From: a virus
Lineage: Duplodnaviria > Caudoviricetes
IMG/VR virus record: IMGVR_UViG_3300032231_000007
Coordinates: 1-43,415 of that record
Reading direction: 5' to 3' (one strand)
Length of the DNA stretch: 43,415 nt
Shown here one piece after another: positions 7,692 to 17,784 of the stretch. The translations under genes and the position numbers were made by a program. Each line of letters starts with the position of its first letter. The first letter of the stretch is position 1. The notes under the pieces were generated by a model. The model saw only the letters and a list, made by a program, of their open reading frames with translations, was not told the origin of the DNA and did not search any database.

Positions 7692-8074
7692 GAGATATAA
7701 ACTCTTAATTCAAAACTAACAGCAAAACTAACAAGCGTTGAGGTCAAATAAATGTCAGTGCCTGCGCCATAGTTAATATTGGTTACTCTAGCGTTGTAGC
7801 TTACCGTGTGAGTTGAAATGTCAATTCCCAAACCTGTGCTAGCCGATATGAACGCATCAATATCGGCCACTAGTTCGGTGTTTAACAAATCATTAAAGCC
7901 AGCCACATCGGTAGCTGCCACCGAATCAGAAGCCAGCAAATCCCATGTGTAAAGCTCTGTAATGTCCGCTGTTCCTAGCGCAGATTCTGCTACGGCAACA
8001 CCATGGCCAGCCGGAATTTTAGCCGCTGGTAGCTGTGTTACATCTATGTATACTGTTTTTGTTGATAGTGCCAT
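7688..8074 (-). CDS. Putative virion protein, paralog B
   Basis: Highly similar to 8087-8479. Confidence 0.6.
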   Translation of the reverse strand: MALSTKTVYIDVTQLPAAKIPAGHGVAVAESALGTADITELYTWDLLASDSVAATDVAGFNDLLNTELVADIDAFISASTGLGIDISTHTVSYNARVTNINYGAGTDIYLTSTLVSFAVSFELRVYIS

Positions 8075-8086
8075 TGTTTTTATAAT

Positions 8087-8479
8087 TTAAAATATAATCC
8101 ATACTTTTAATTCAAAACTAACTTTAAATTGTACATGGGTTGATGCTAAATAAATGTCAGTGCCTGCGCCATAGTTAATATTGGTTACTCTAGCGTTGTA
8201 CCATACTAAATGGCTGGCAATGTCAATTCCCAAACCTGTGCTAGCCGATATGAACGCATCAATATCGGCCACTAGTTCGGTGTTTAACAAATCATCAAAG
8301 CCAGCTGTCTCTGTTGCCGCCACCGAATCAGAGGCCAGCAAATCCCATGTGTAAAGCTCTGTAATGGCACCTGTTCCCCCAAGAGATGAAACTGTTGTAG
8401 CAACACTATGGCCAGCCGGAATTTTTTCAGGCGCTAGCTTTGTTGTGTCTATGGATACATTTTTGATAACAAACGGCAT
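8087..8479 (-). CDS. Putative virion protein, paralog A
   Basis: Shares identical 53 bp and 77 bp blocks with 7688-8074. Confidence 0.6.
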   Translation of the reverse strand: MPFVIKNVSIDTTKLAPEKIPAGHSVATTVSSLGGTGAITELYTWDLLASDSVAATETAGFDDLLNTELVADIDAFISASTGLGIDIASHLVWYNARVTNINYGAGTDIYLASTHVQFKVSFELKVWIIF

Positions 8480-9519
8480 TACTGTTCTTTTTTATGGACT
8501 CGTTTTGCTAGTTCTTCGGCGGTTCCGGTTGAGGTTATATTAAGAGCTTTGGCCTTTTTTACAAGTCGCTTCTTATCCCACGAAAGTAGCTGAACAAGCC
8601 TTGTCTTTCTTTTTTCTTCTAAATCATCCTGTTCTTTTGAAAGAGCGATTTTCCTTCTGGACTCATCTGTTGGCTTATTGGCAATAAGCTCTTCTCGTGC
8701 CTTTCGTTCACTTTCCTTTTGAGCAGATGCCCTCGTCCTTTTGGCGGCATTTAAAGCATCCCATTTTTCTTTCGCTTCAATTCCTTTCGCTTTTTGAGCT
8801 TTCACCCTTGCAGCCTTGCCAGCTTTTTCTTTTTCTCTTAATTTTCGCTCCTTCGCTTTTTGCTTCGAAATCCTTGCAGCCTTGTCGGCTTTTTTTCTTT
8901 CCCGTTCCTCAATTTCATCAATCTTCCGGGCTTCTATTCTAGCTAACTTGGCCGATTTTTCTGCATCCCGTGCCTTTCGTTCATCAGCTTTTTTCGCATT
9001 CTGAGCGGATAATTTTAGGTTATTTTGCTCTTCCTTGTACTTTTCGGCCTTTCGTTCACTTTCCTTTTGCACTTGTCGATCGGCAATAACATTTTCATTA
9101 TATTTTTCTATTCCGTCTTCATAAGCCCTTTGCTCGGCTTCCTTTTTATCATCGACTATCTTTTGCAGATCAGGTGGCAATGCAGAAAACAACTCAATAC
9201 CTCTAGGATGCTCTTTAATTAACTTTTGTGCTTTCTTATTAGTCAAATCAGCATTATTATAACCATACACACCGTTATACTTGCCTTTGAGTTGATAATT
9301 ACATTTATTTTCAGCCATTACTTTTAGTTTTTGCTTAAACAAATTTAAGCTTTTTTCTAATCCCTTGCAATTAAAACAAGGTACTGGTGTTCCCATGGTT
9401 ACCACCCACTGCCTTTCAAACAAAGAAGGAAGCTTAGACTTGGGGTCGTTAGCTTCCTTCCTTAATTCTTGTGCAGTAAGATTATCCCAGGCTATGCTCC
9501 CACCAACTTGTTCGTCCAT
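8479..9519 (-). CDS. K/E/A/R-rich coiled-coil protein, possible C-terminal SAP/HeH-like domain
   Basis: CFNC motif, long charged helix; follows tail tube gene; start uncertain. Confidence 0.6.
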   Translation of the reverse strand: MDEQVGGSIAWDNLTAQELRKEANDPKSKLPSLFERQWVVTMGTPVPCFNCKGLEKSLNLFKQKLKVMAENKCNYQLKGKYNGVYGYNNADLTNKKAQKLIKEHPRGIELFSALPPDLQKIVDDKKEAEQRAYEDGIEKYNENVIADRQVQKESERKAEKYKEEQNNLKLSAQNAKKADERKARDAEKSAKLARIEARKIDEIEERERKKADKAARISKQKAKERKLREKEKAGKAARVKAQKAKGIEAKEKWDALNAAKRTRASAQKESERKAREELIANKPTDESRRKIALSKEQDDLEEKRKTRLVQLLSWDKKRLVKKAKALNITSTGTAEELAKRVHKKEQ

Positions 9520-10106
9520 ACTGTTGTTACAGTTGTGGCATAGTCAGTATCAAGATACACGTGAGGCAAGTACGGCTCCTTGAAGCCTTCCGGAGTTTGC
9601 AAGGTAATTACCATTGCACCGTCATTCTCATTGGAGTTGTCAATGATTCCGCCATCTGGAATTGTCAAGCCAAATTTAAGGCCATGAAATAAGAAAGCAT
9701 CAAGTGAACTCGTCCCCCTCCATTTTCTTTCGATAAGGGCAAAAACGGTGGCTCCGCCCGTGGCAAGCTTATTAATTTCGTCTCTTTTTTCTTGCGATGG
9801 GTCTAAAATTCTAATTCCATTCAGCATATGAATGAAACCAGGCGAACCATCGGTTGGATTAACGAACGTATTGCCACTACTAATCCAAGTTTTGTTCATA
9901 ATACCTTCGATTAGTTCTCCTGTTGCTGAGGTCGTTAAAGCCAAAGCGGTTATAAGCGAATTAGGATTCGTTACATCAAATGTAATTCCAGAAGCCGCCA
10001 GAACAGAAGCAGGTATCAACAATACCTTTTGCTCGTAATTCGCTACTGGTTTGTTGGCGCAATCCTGAAGGATGTCGTTTTCAATATTTTCGCAATATGT
10101 AGCCAT
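9492..10106 (-). CDS. Putative major tail tube protein
   Basis: 204 aa, beta-rich, N-terminal C..I...I..DC and HGLKFGL; position. Confidence 0.65.
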   Translation of the reverse strand: MATYCENIENDILQDCANKPVANYEQKVLLIPASVLAASGITFDVTNPNSLITALALTTSATGELIEGIMNKTWISSGNTFVNPTDGSPGFIHMLNGIRILDPSQEKRDEINKLATGGATVFALIERKWRGTSSLDAFLFHGLKFGLTIPDGGIIDNSNENDGAMVITLQTPEGFKEPYLPHVYLDTDYATTVTTVWTNKLVGA

Positions 10107-10191
10107 TGTATTTTGTTTTTAGTTTCATCCAAAGATAAGTGCTTATTTTATCAATTTACTGCAAAGGGTATTTCAGTAATTTTTCGCAGGA

Positions 10192-10428
10192 TTAGCTTTC
10201 CATCTTTTTTATGATGTACCATAAAGATCGCTCGGACATTTGCGATTCAACGGACGTGCTCATAACGGCTGCTGTTTTTTTCTCATGGTTGCGGTACATT
10301 AAATAAAGCTCATAGACCTGCTTGTGAAATATTGAAGTGGTTTCGATAAGTTCTTTTTCGACAGCCTTAGTTAGCAGTCCTTTATCCTCAATTTCTGTAA
10401 GTACCTCGTAGGTTGTTTTTAAGGTCAT
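10192..10428 (-). CDS. Small HTH-like protein
   Basis: C-terminal SVESQMSERSLWYIIKKME. Confidence 0.45.
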   Translation of the reverse strand: MTLKTTYEVLTEIEDKGLLTKAVEKELIETTSIFHKQVYELYLMYRNHEKKTAAVMSTSVESQMSERSLWYIIKKMES

Positions 10429-10459
10429 ACAATTGTTGCTCCTTTATATTGTGCCATAA

Positions 10460-11239
10460 TTAATAATGTTTCCTACAAATAAATACTACCCTTGCAAAAG
10501 CTTTCCCATAACCTGAAACCATTCCGGTTGTTCCATTAACATGAATTGCCGAAGTTGTTGGAGATGCGTAAGTTGTCGAAGTGGCCAAATTGCTGCCGCT
10601 ATCGAATTGGCTAACTATCCCATCCTCCATATTTACAACACTCTTTAGCTGACTGACATTAGGCAAGACCCAATCAGTGAATGACAAATTTGTTGCCGCC
10701 AACGCATTGTCAATAGCGGCATTCCAAGCCAAATTCCCTATATTTGACGTAAACCACCCGATTCCTGTATAATGATCAATTAAATAGTCGACTAAGCTTG
10801 AGTTGGTGCCATCGTAGTCTTGCCCTCCAACCGAATCCGTAAATCTATTGGTATTCCCGAAAGTATTATTATTATTAAGGGTTGAAAATGTTGCAAGGCT
10901 ATTGCAAGCTTGTAGCTTATTGGCTAGTCTCGCTGGCGACCAAATATTTACATCCGTGTCCTTGTCATCTCCTGGACGGTAAACTGTTGTGGTTTGGCCG
11001 GTAGGAGAAGCGTAATTATAGCCTATTCCCCCCTGTTGGGCTATTAATTGAGCCCACGTTAGTTCACCAATATACGTTAGTATCTCAGTATCATTATCAT
11101 CTACAAATGTATTTTTCTCGGGATCGGTTGAACCATCCCATGTTGTTTGAAGGGTAGGATTGGTAACCCGGCCTGTTTCTTTTGTCAACACCATTTCAAT
11201 GGTCTGAACGACATCGGTTGTGATTATTATATCTGCCAT
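10460..11239 (-). CDS. Putative receptor-binding protein with DUF1566/Lcl-like C-terminal domain
   Basis: NRF, DHYTGIGW, WNAA, FTDWVLPNVSQL, TSTT, terminal ICR. Confidence 0.65.
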   Translation of the reverse strand: MADIIITTDVVQTIEMVLTKETGRVTNPTLQTTWDGSTDPEKNTFVDDNDTEILTYIGELTWAQLIAQQGGIGYNYASPTGQTTTVYRPGDDKDTDVNIWSPARLANKLQACNSLATFSTLNNNNTFGNTNRFTDSVGGQDYDGTNSSLVDYLIDHYTGIGWFTSNIGNLAWNAAIDNALAATNLSFTDWVLPNVSQLKSVVNMEDGIVSQFDSGSNLATSTTYASPTTSAIHVNGTTGMVSGYGKAFARVVFICRKHY

Positions 11240-11244
11240 TTTAA

Positions 11245-11598
11245 TTAAACTTCATGATCGATTAAATTCTTCTCAACGACTAAATTGCCAACATCTGTAT
11301 TTGTAATAACATTGCCAGAATCAATCAATCTGGTTTGGTACATATAATTTCCCGGTGCAAAGGCTTTGGTTGTGTCTTCTGATATAACAAAATCATGAAT
11401 GCCATTGGCACCATCCGAAAAATTAGCAGCCAAGACAGATATATAATACAGCGCATCGTCATTGGTCACATTTAAAGCCTTTGCGATCTTTAAAGTTGCC
11501 GATGTATATCCTGTGATATCTACTGCTATCTTATTGGAATCTCTCGCTAATAGCTGTATTGTCGGGGTTCCTCCGCTTTTTATTTTTAATTCTTTCAT
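11245..11598 (-). CDS. BppU-like baseplate/tail adaptor
   Basis: VDITG...NG...F.IS..T...PGNYMYQ pattern. Confidence 0.55.
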   Translation of the reverse strand: MKELKIKSGGTPTIQLLARDSNKIAVDITGYTSATLKIAKALNVTNDDALYYISVLAANFSDGANGIHDFVISEDTTKAFAPGNYMYQTRLIDSGNVITNTDVGNLVVEKNLIDHEV

Positions 11599-12407
11599 AA
11601 GTCATGTGCATTTATATAGTCACTCGATCCGCTTGCTAAAATAATGTTTGCCTCTGGCTCTGCCCATAGTTGACGATCAGAAATTAATTCATAAGGCCAT
11701 GATTGATCTGCAGAAACAGCAACATCATCTATCTCTACATTATCATGAAGCAAAGCCAAATTAACTTTTTCAATAAACCATTGCGGTAATAACTTCGTAG
11801 CTTTCAGCACTCTTGTTCTTGTTCCTTGTGCTGAGATTAAACTGGTATTGCCTCCACTATCTTTAAATATTTCTCTCTCGGCTGTGTCTGCGGTTCTATT
11901 GAAAAATGCAGGAACCCTAATATCAAATTGAACATTTGAGTTTTCGTAATCAATTCCAAAGGCCGTATCATCATTGTAATATTCTAATTTAACGGTATTG
12001 CACTGCGTTCCGCTTATTGATAGGGGTTCTGATATGGCAACATAATTGCCTCCGCCGGGTGAGCTTCCAAACACTTTAACATAATAAAGCCCATCAAGCC
12101 CAGTGATTGTAATAGCACCCTCAAGCACCTTGTAAGTAGTGCGATCGTCTTTCTCTGTTGCTGCAACTGAATAAACATCGGCATCAGTATAATAATTACA
12201 TAGCCTTACAATGTTGTTATCGTAAGAAGAGTCAAATTGAACGGTTAAAATATCAGTGTTTAGAAATGGCTGGAAAAACGAATCAAAGCCCGGCAACGAC
12301 CATTCTCTGAAATACTGATTATCCCTGTCACTTGCATTTATACCTTCCGACCATTCGGTGATAACCATGCGGACGGGGTTGGCGTTTGAAAATGTTAATA
12401 CAGCCAT
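11595..12407 (-). CDS. Minor tail protein
   Basis: Position, acidic beta-rich composition. Confidence 0.6.
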   Translation of the reverse strand: MAVLTFSNANPVRMVITEWSEGINASDRDNQYFREWSLPGFDSFFQPFLNTDILTVQFDSSYDNNIVRLCNYYTDADVYSVAATEKDDRTTYKVLEGAITITGLDGLYYVKVFGSSPGGGNYVAISEPLSISGTQCNTVKLEYYNDDTAFGIDYENSNVQFDIRVPAFFNRTADTAEREIFKDSGGNTSLISAQGTRTRVLKATKLLPQWFIEKVNLALLHDNVEIDDVAVSADQSWPYELISDRQLWAEPEANIILASGSSDYINAHDL

Positions 12408-12409
12408 TG

Positions 12410-14572
12410 TTAAATATTAGTGTTTGATAAAAACTTTAATTTTGCGACTCCCTTCTCCAAATTTACATCTTTAAAACTTTCTATAAAACCCGTATAGCTA
12501 GTTCCATTGTCGATAACCGTTATTTCGGTCAATAATCCCTCTTTAATTATCTGCCTTTGGGCTTTAGTAACTGTTACTATACAGCTCCCCATTTCAGAAG
12601 CATCGAACAAAGGCGCATTGCTATAAACTTCTGCTGCCATTGCCCGGGTTAAGTCTCCATCTTCGGGCACTAAAGTATCTCCAGTTACCGTTGTTTCAGC
12701 GGCTGTGTTACCGTCTCCGGATTGGTATCTTGCCAGTCCCGTAAAAGCAGGGGTGTCAATTATTCTTTTGGCTAATCCTGCCAATAGCAAAGGAGCCTGC
12801 CTTAATAAATTCCTAGCAGGTGTTAAATGTAAATTAGAATTAGTCGTTGGGTTGTCGATATTAGAAACAGCACTAAAATCATCGTCCACAACCCTATCAA
12901 AAGAACCGCCTCCATCTCTTTCTAAATGGAGACATACCAAATCTTCGTCAAATGGTAAATCTTTTTGGTTCGATTCATCATATCTATTACGCCTTAATAA
13001 TTCAATTAAATGACCGCTTGTAACAAAATTGCAAGTATTGTCATATTGATTTGATATATGCTCCGATAAGTAAGGGATTGCATAATTTCTTGGTGTATGT
13101 GGGCTTCCTAAAATTGGGTTTCGCTCTAGCTTGTACTTCGAATAACCACCTTTAACGTTGCCCCACATATACGATATTGCGGCCTCCCAATCAATCCCGG
13201 GATAAGCCGCCACAAAAGTAGTTGCCGAACTACTGTCATCCATAAAGTGTTCTAATCTTTCAATGACTATGTAAGGAACGCCTGATTCATACACCACACC
13301 AAGGCCAAGCAATAGCATTTTATCATAACCTTTAAAGACGCTCATTAAGTCTGCATTAATTGGATTGGTTGCTAATGGGAAGCCCCTTAATAGTTTAGGT
13401 GTCGTTATAGCATAAAATGCAGCATCTCCGTCAGCGACATATGTTTTTACCTCTCCGTCTGTGCGCCCAAATAAAGTGCTCCGCAAGCAATTGTTATTCC
13501 CGGTTATCTTTTGGCATAATCTCAGGAACACCTCCCATGGTAACATAAATTCACAATCGGTGTCTTCGTAAGTGGTGGATTGCAATAGTTTCGTTTTTGC
13601 ATCTGATGATGTTATAGTAATCTTTGGAGGGAATGAGCCGTCAAGGTCTACAATTTTAATATAGAATAAAAGACCATCTCCTGATGATATTCCAGACAAT
13701 GACAAAGAAGAAACTGTTAATGTCCCATTCTCAGTCGTCCCTGTTGCTGGGAGCGTGTCTGTATCTAAAACAATTTCAGCACCTCCGTTCTTGGTATAAA
13801 CAATTGTTACCGTACTAATTCCGTTTAGGGTATAGCCTCCTGATCTAAAATATTCGATATCAAAACTAAAGTCAGTCCATGTTATTTCTACATCTCCGCT
13901 GTCGTTAAAATACATTTGTGGTTCTATTGGCTTGGTTGTTTCGTAACCAGTCGACACATCAAGGACTGCAACCATGCCCTCGTTAATTACTTCTTTAAAA
14001 AAAAGAGGAATTGGCACATATAGGGTGTAGTCCGTTGTAACTGTAAATTGAGAAAGGTCGGTTATTCCCGATCCTTCTTCGTACTTAGCCGAAAAGTCTA
14101 TAACCTGATCGCTTAATGTTACTGTATGGGTTTCGTCTGTGAACGTAGTAATAGCATCACCATCCATATCCAAGAGGCTCTGCAAGTCGGTTTTTATTTC
14201 ATCCCGATTAAGAACGTTCATAATGAAATCTGTAGGTTCAAAGCCCACTTCTGTAGAATCCCGGCTACGCTTGTACTTCTCTGATAGGTTAAGTCTGCCT
14301 AATGAAAAGATAGTCTCATAGGCATCCGTGGCGTAATCGTATTCCAACCATTCAACAGAAATAGTTTGCGCTGCGCCATACTGAGCATAGGCGGTGTCGA
14401 CATAATTTTTAGCGGTCTTTATGAGTTTAACCGTGCCCTCGGAGAATGTAGTTAGCAGCGTTCTATAAATTTCGTGCCTCTCGGTAGTAGGCGTGAAATT
14501 AATCCAGTTCTCAGGATCAGTTTTAATAGTACTGTCTAGCTTTATTTGAAATCTGTTTTGAGGCTGTGGCAT
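12410..14572 (-). CDS. Tail tip/hub protein
   Basis: 720 aa directly downstream of tape measure. Confidence 0.65.
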   Translation of the reverse strand: MPQPQNRFQIKLDSTIKTDPENWINFTPTTERHEIYRTLLTTFSEGTVKLIKTAKNYVDTAYAQYGAAQTISVEWLEYDYATDAYETIFSLGRLNLSEKYKRSRDSTEVGFEPTDFIMNVLNRDEIKTDLQSLLDMDGDAITTFTDETHTVTLSDQVIDFSAKYEEGSGITDLSQFTVTTDYTLYVPIPLFFKEVINEGMVAVLDVSTGYETTKPIEPQMYFNDSGDVEITWTDFSFDIEYFRSGGYTLNGISTVTIVYTKNGGAEIVLDTDTLPATGTTENGTLTVSSLSLSGISSGDGLLFYIKIVDLDGSFPPKITITSSDAKTKLLQSTTYEDTDCEFMLPWEVFLRLCQKITGNNNCLRSTLFGRTDGEVKTYVADGDAAFYAITTPKLLRGFPLATNPINADLMSVFKGYDKMLLLGLGVVYESGVPYIVIERLEHFMDDSSSATTFVAAYPGIDWEAAISYMWGNVKGGYSKYKLERNPILGSPHTPRNYAIPYLSEHISNQYDNTCNFVTSGHLIELLRRNRYDESNQKDLPFDEDLVCLHLERDGGGSFDRVVDDDFSAVSNIDNPTTNSNLHLTPARNLLRQAPLLLAGLAKRIIDTPAFTGLARYQSGDGNTAAETTVTGDTLVPEDGDLTRAMAAEVYSNAPLFDASEMGSCIVTVTKAQRQIIKEGLLTEITVIDNGTSYTGFIESFKDVNLEKGVAKLKFLSNTNI

Positions 14573-17500
14573 CTATGTTAGATATTTTGTTCTATTCACT
14601 ACTTTAAAGCCATCGGTTACGTGTAGACTTGTGGAAGAAGCAGCCTTACCTTTGAGGACTTTGGTGTTTTTATTTATAGCATCAACTATACCTTGGCCTC
14701 CTAAATTAGTGCCCCCGTTCAGTTTCATGCTACGATACATCTGCGCAGCCGTTGCCAGTTGGTCGTTCGATAAATCAAAGCCAATTCTTTTGTTATTTTT
14801 TGCATCGACTACACGTTCATTCTTACTTAATAAAGCTGGTACTGAATCGCTTGTTTCTGTTCCAACTCCTAAAACTCGCTTAGTGCCTGTAGCAAATTTA
14901 GGAGTTGGAGGGGGTTTTTGCGCAGATACTACGATCGCCTGTATTAGACCTTGGGCAGCAGCAAAAGCCGACCAAGGCAGTCCTAATGTTAAGGGAGATG
15001 CGACAATAGATTTGCCGATAGCAACTGCCGTATTTATGGCAATTTTGCCCAGGGATATCTTTTTATCACTATTAAACTCTGCCACCTTAATTTTATGCAG
15101 ATCAGAGGCTTGTTTTTTGTCTAATTTTTTCTTTTCCTCGGCAAACTGCTTTTCATTAATTTGCCCTTTGTCTAATTTGTTTTGCAACAACTGAACATCA
15201 GTATTGTACCGCTCAGATAATCTTAACCTTTCTTCGGCAAATTGTGCATCATTCTTTTGCCTTCGGTTCGCTATTGCTCCGTCAGCGATATCGTTAATCA
15301 GGTCAATAGATGCTAGTTTAATTTCCTTTTTTTTATCTTCTTCGTCTTTTACTCTTTCAATCTCAAGTTTAGCCTGTCCCTTAAGCTCGGCCATTCTGGC
15401 ATCATTGTGCTTCTTTAAATTAGCTATTCGCTCGTCTAGGTGTGCATCTTCTAGTTTACTCAATTCTTGATATCCTGCCGCTTTGATTGGTACTACTTCT
15501 TGTAATGCCTCCGGATCGGGGACGATTTCATCTGAGTGTGATCTGGTGATAGTCTTTTCTCTTATCACCGGATCGGGGACGATTTCATCTGAGAGTAATC
15601 CAGCCTCAATAAAACTATCTCGTAGCTTATTGGTCTCTTCTCGCAAGTCATTGGTTTTTTCAGATGCTCTGCCTAGAACAACCTCCGCAATCTCAACTCT
15701 TGATACATATTCGTCCAAAACTCTTATGCTAGACTCCTCGAATTTTGTTTGTGTCCCTAAGGTCTGCGAATACGTAGTTCTTTTTGCAGATACTGCTTTT
15801 AGAGCATTGGCGATTTCTAAATATGTTTTTCCTTCTTTTTGCCCTTGGTCTATAAATGTCTTTTGTTCATTAGTCCCCTCTCTTCTTATTTTTGCAAGCT
15901 GATCTCTAAGCTCTTTTTCTTTGTCGAACAACCTTAGTCTTGCCTCGGCCTCTGCTGTTGCAACCTCAGTTATCTCTTCCGCTTTAATTTGGAGAGCAAT
16001 ATTTGCAATAAAACTTTCATTAAGTTTATCAAGTGCAATCCTAGTTTTGTCTGTTGCAATTCCTTGGTCATTTAAGGTAGTCACCAAGTCAGGCGCAACA
16101 GTATTTAGTTCATTAATTAACTTTAACCTCTCACCTTCTTTTAAATTTAAATCCCCAAGTCTAAGGACAACGTCATTAATTTTAATTTGCTCTTTTTCTA
16201 ATGCTTCGCTTACCTTTTGAGTAGGGGTTAAGAAATTAAACATTGAAGTAGTTGCATCAATTATTCCCCTTGCAAATTTAGCCGTACCACCTGTGCCATT
16301 TTCAAGACTTAAAATAAACCCATCAAATCCAGAACTTAAAAGGGTTATTGCTCCGCTTAAATTATCTAGCTGAGTATCTGCCGCTCTTTGTGCCGTGCCG
16401 GCCGCTCCCTGAATTACAAGGTCTAGTTCTTTTGTTGAGTCTATATTTTTTGATAGAGCAATTGCAGAAACAGCAGCCCTTTTGCCAAATTCATCATTTG
16501 CAGCAGTTAGCTTATTTTGGCTGCCTTTTATCTTTTCAAGGATTTGCTCATAGGAGCTTCCGTCTTTGGCACTTTCTATAAATATATTGCGCAATGATGT
16601 CGAAGACTTGCTGGCATCAATTCCAGAATCTGCCAGTTTTCCCAAAAGCGCCAACAGTTTTGAAAACGGAATACCTGCTGCACTTGCAGCGGCTGCAACA
16701 TTTGGAATCCCTGTTTGTAATTTTTCGAATGTTAATGCGCTATTCTGCGTGGATGCTGTTATTTGGTCGAGTATAAGAGGGGCATCGGTTGTGCTAAGAT
16801 CATCAAACGAGTTAACAACTGCCCCTGCTAAATTAGCAGTATCTGAAAGGTTTGAGTTTAGAGCTACAGATGCGTTAATTGTAGGTTTTGTTAAGTCTAT
16901 TATTTCTTGCTGCTTGAAACCTAGTCGGGCATAAGCCTCTTGAAGTCCCAGAACTTCTTTTGCTGTTTTTGCCGTAGATGCTCCTAATTTTATTGCATTA
17001 TCTGATAGTTCTTTTATTTGCGAAACTGGCTTATCAAGCACAGAAGCCAAATTTGAAACCCCTGCTTGAAAGCTTGAGATTATTTTGAATAACCCTTTAA
17101 ATGCAAGTACTAATCCAGCAACGCCTCCAATTAATCCTGCTGATCTCAATACTGATCCAAGACCCCTTAATGCGCTTTTATAATTACCAATATTTAAACG
17201 CTGTTTTTCAAGAGCACTTGAATTTTTATGTATTAAGGAATTATTTCTTGTCAGCTTAGCATTAATCTGTGATATTGCAACCTGCCCTTCCTTTGTTTTT
17301 GTGTTTACCTGGTTTCTTATTTTTACTAATTTGCTGTTGTTCTTTTGAGCATCTCGAACGGACTTAACCTCTTTTTCCAGCGCACCAGATAAATCTTTTA
17401 CCCCCGTAGTTACCTCTGCAAGTATATTTTTTTGTTGATTATAGTCGGTTTGAAGTTTCTTTAATTGGGCATCAGTTTGGGCATACTTTTTTAATTGATT

Positions 17501-17650
17501 ATCGTCTGCTTCGGTTAGTTTTTTTGTTGAATCCCTAAGTTCTTTTTGCGCTGTTTTTAAGGCGGTAATATTCCCGAGCAATTCACCGCTCTTTTTTTTC
17601 ATTGCCTCTATATTAATATCAAGTTGCGCTATTGTTATTTTTCTTCCCAT
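14573..17650 (-). CDS. Tape measure protein (TP901-type core)
   Basis: 1025 aa, Ala/Leu-rich helical; LADSGIDASKSSTSLR core; C-terminal FATG...GTETSDSVPALLS. Confidence 0.9.
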   Translation of the reverse strand: MGRKITIAQLDINIEAMKKKSGELLGNITALKTAQKELRDSTKKLTEADDNQLKKYAQTDAQLKKLQTDYNQQKNILAEVTTGVKDLSGALEKEVKSVRDAQKNNSKLVKIRNQVNTKTKEGQVAISQINAKLTRNNSLIHKNSSALEKQRLNIGNYKSALRGLGSVLRSAGLIGGVAGLVLAFKGLFKIISSFQAGVSNLASVLDKPVSQIKELSDNAIKLGASTAKTAKEVLGLQEAYARLGFKQQEIIDLTKPTINASVALNSNLSDTANLAGAVVNSFDDLSTTDAPLILDQITASTQNSALTFEKLQTGIPNVAAAASAAGIPFSKLLALLGKLADSGIDASKSSTSLRNIFIESAKDGSSYEQILEKIKGSQNKLTAANDEFGKRAAVSAIALSKNIDSTKELDLVIQGAAGTAQRAADTQLDNLSGAITLLSSGFDGFILSLENGTGGTAKFARGIIDATTSMFNFLTPTQKVSEALEKEQIKINDVVLRLGDLNLKEGERLKLINELNTVAPDLVTTLNDQGIATDKTRIALDKLNESFIANIALQIKAEEITEVATAEAEARLRLFDKEKELRDQLAKIRREGTNEQKTFIDQGQKEGKTYLEIANALKAVSAKRTTYSQTLGTQTKFEESSIRVLDEYVSRVEIAEVVLGRASEKTNDLREETNKLRDSFIEAGLLSDEIVPDPVIREKTITRSHSDEIVPDPEALQEVVPIKAAGYQELSKLEDAHLDERIANLKKHNDARMAELKGQAKLEIERVKDEEDKKKEIKLASIDLINDIADGAIANRRQKNDAQFAEERLRLSERYNTDVQLLQNKLDKGQINEKQFAEEKKKLDKKQASDLHKIKVAEFNSDKKISLGKIAINTAVAIGKSIVASPLTLGLPWSAFAAAQGLIQAIVVSAQKPPPTPKFATGTKRVLGVGTETSDSVPALLSKNERVVDAKNNKRIGFDLSNDQLATAAQMYRSMKLNGGTNLGGQGIVDAINKNTKVLKGKAASSTSLHVTDGFKVVNRTKYLT
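15511..15593. repeat. 26 bp direct repeat, 57 bp period, inside tape measure gene
   Basis: CCGGATCGGGGACGATTTCATCTGAG at 15511 and 15568 (SDEIVPDP twice). Confidence 0.9.
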
Positions 17651-17784
17651 TATATTCCAAGCAATCTATGCCTCTTTTCGTTGTCAACTAATAATCTAAC
17701 AAATGCAATTGTTCCAATCACTCCAATAACTATGAATAAAAGGAGGGAGGCGATAATTACGGTTATGATTTTAAATATTTTCAT
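17650..17784 (-). CDS. 44 aa single-TM protein (not in ORF track)
   Basis: MKIFKIITVIIASLLLF...; ATGA and TAATG coupling on both sides. Confidence 0.6.
   Translation of the reverse strand: MKIFKIITVIIASLLLFIVIGVIGTIAFVRLLVDNEKRHRLLGI

Noticed and set aside
7688-8479. DGR template/variable repeat pair
   Set aside because: Differences are not adenine-specific, both copies are full ORFs, and there is no reverse transcriptase
14631-16934. Plus-strand ORFs (e.g. 14631-15194, 15483-15902, 16566-16934) and all other plus-strand ORFs in the track
   Set aside because: Antisense shadows of well-supported minus-strand genes, with no motifs
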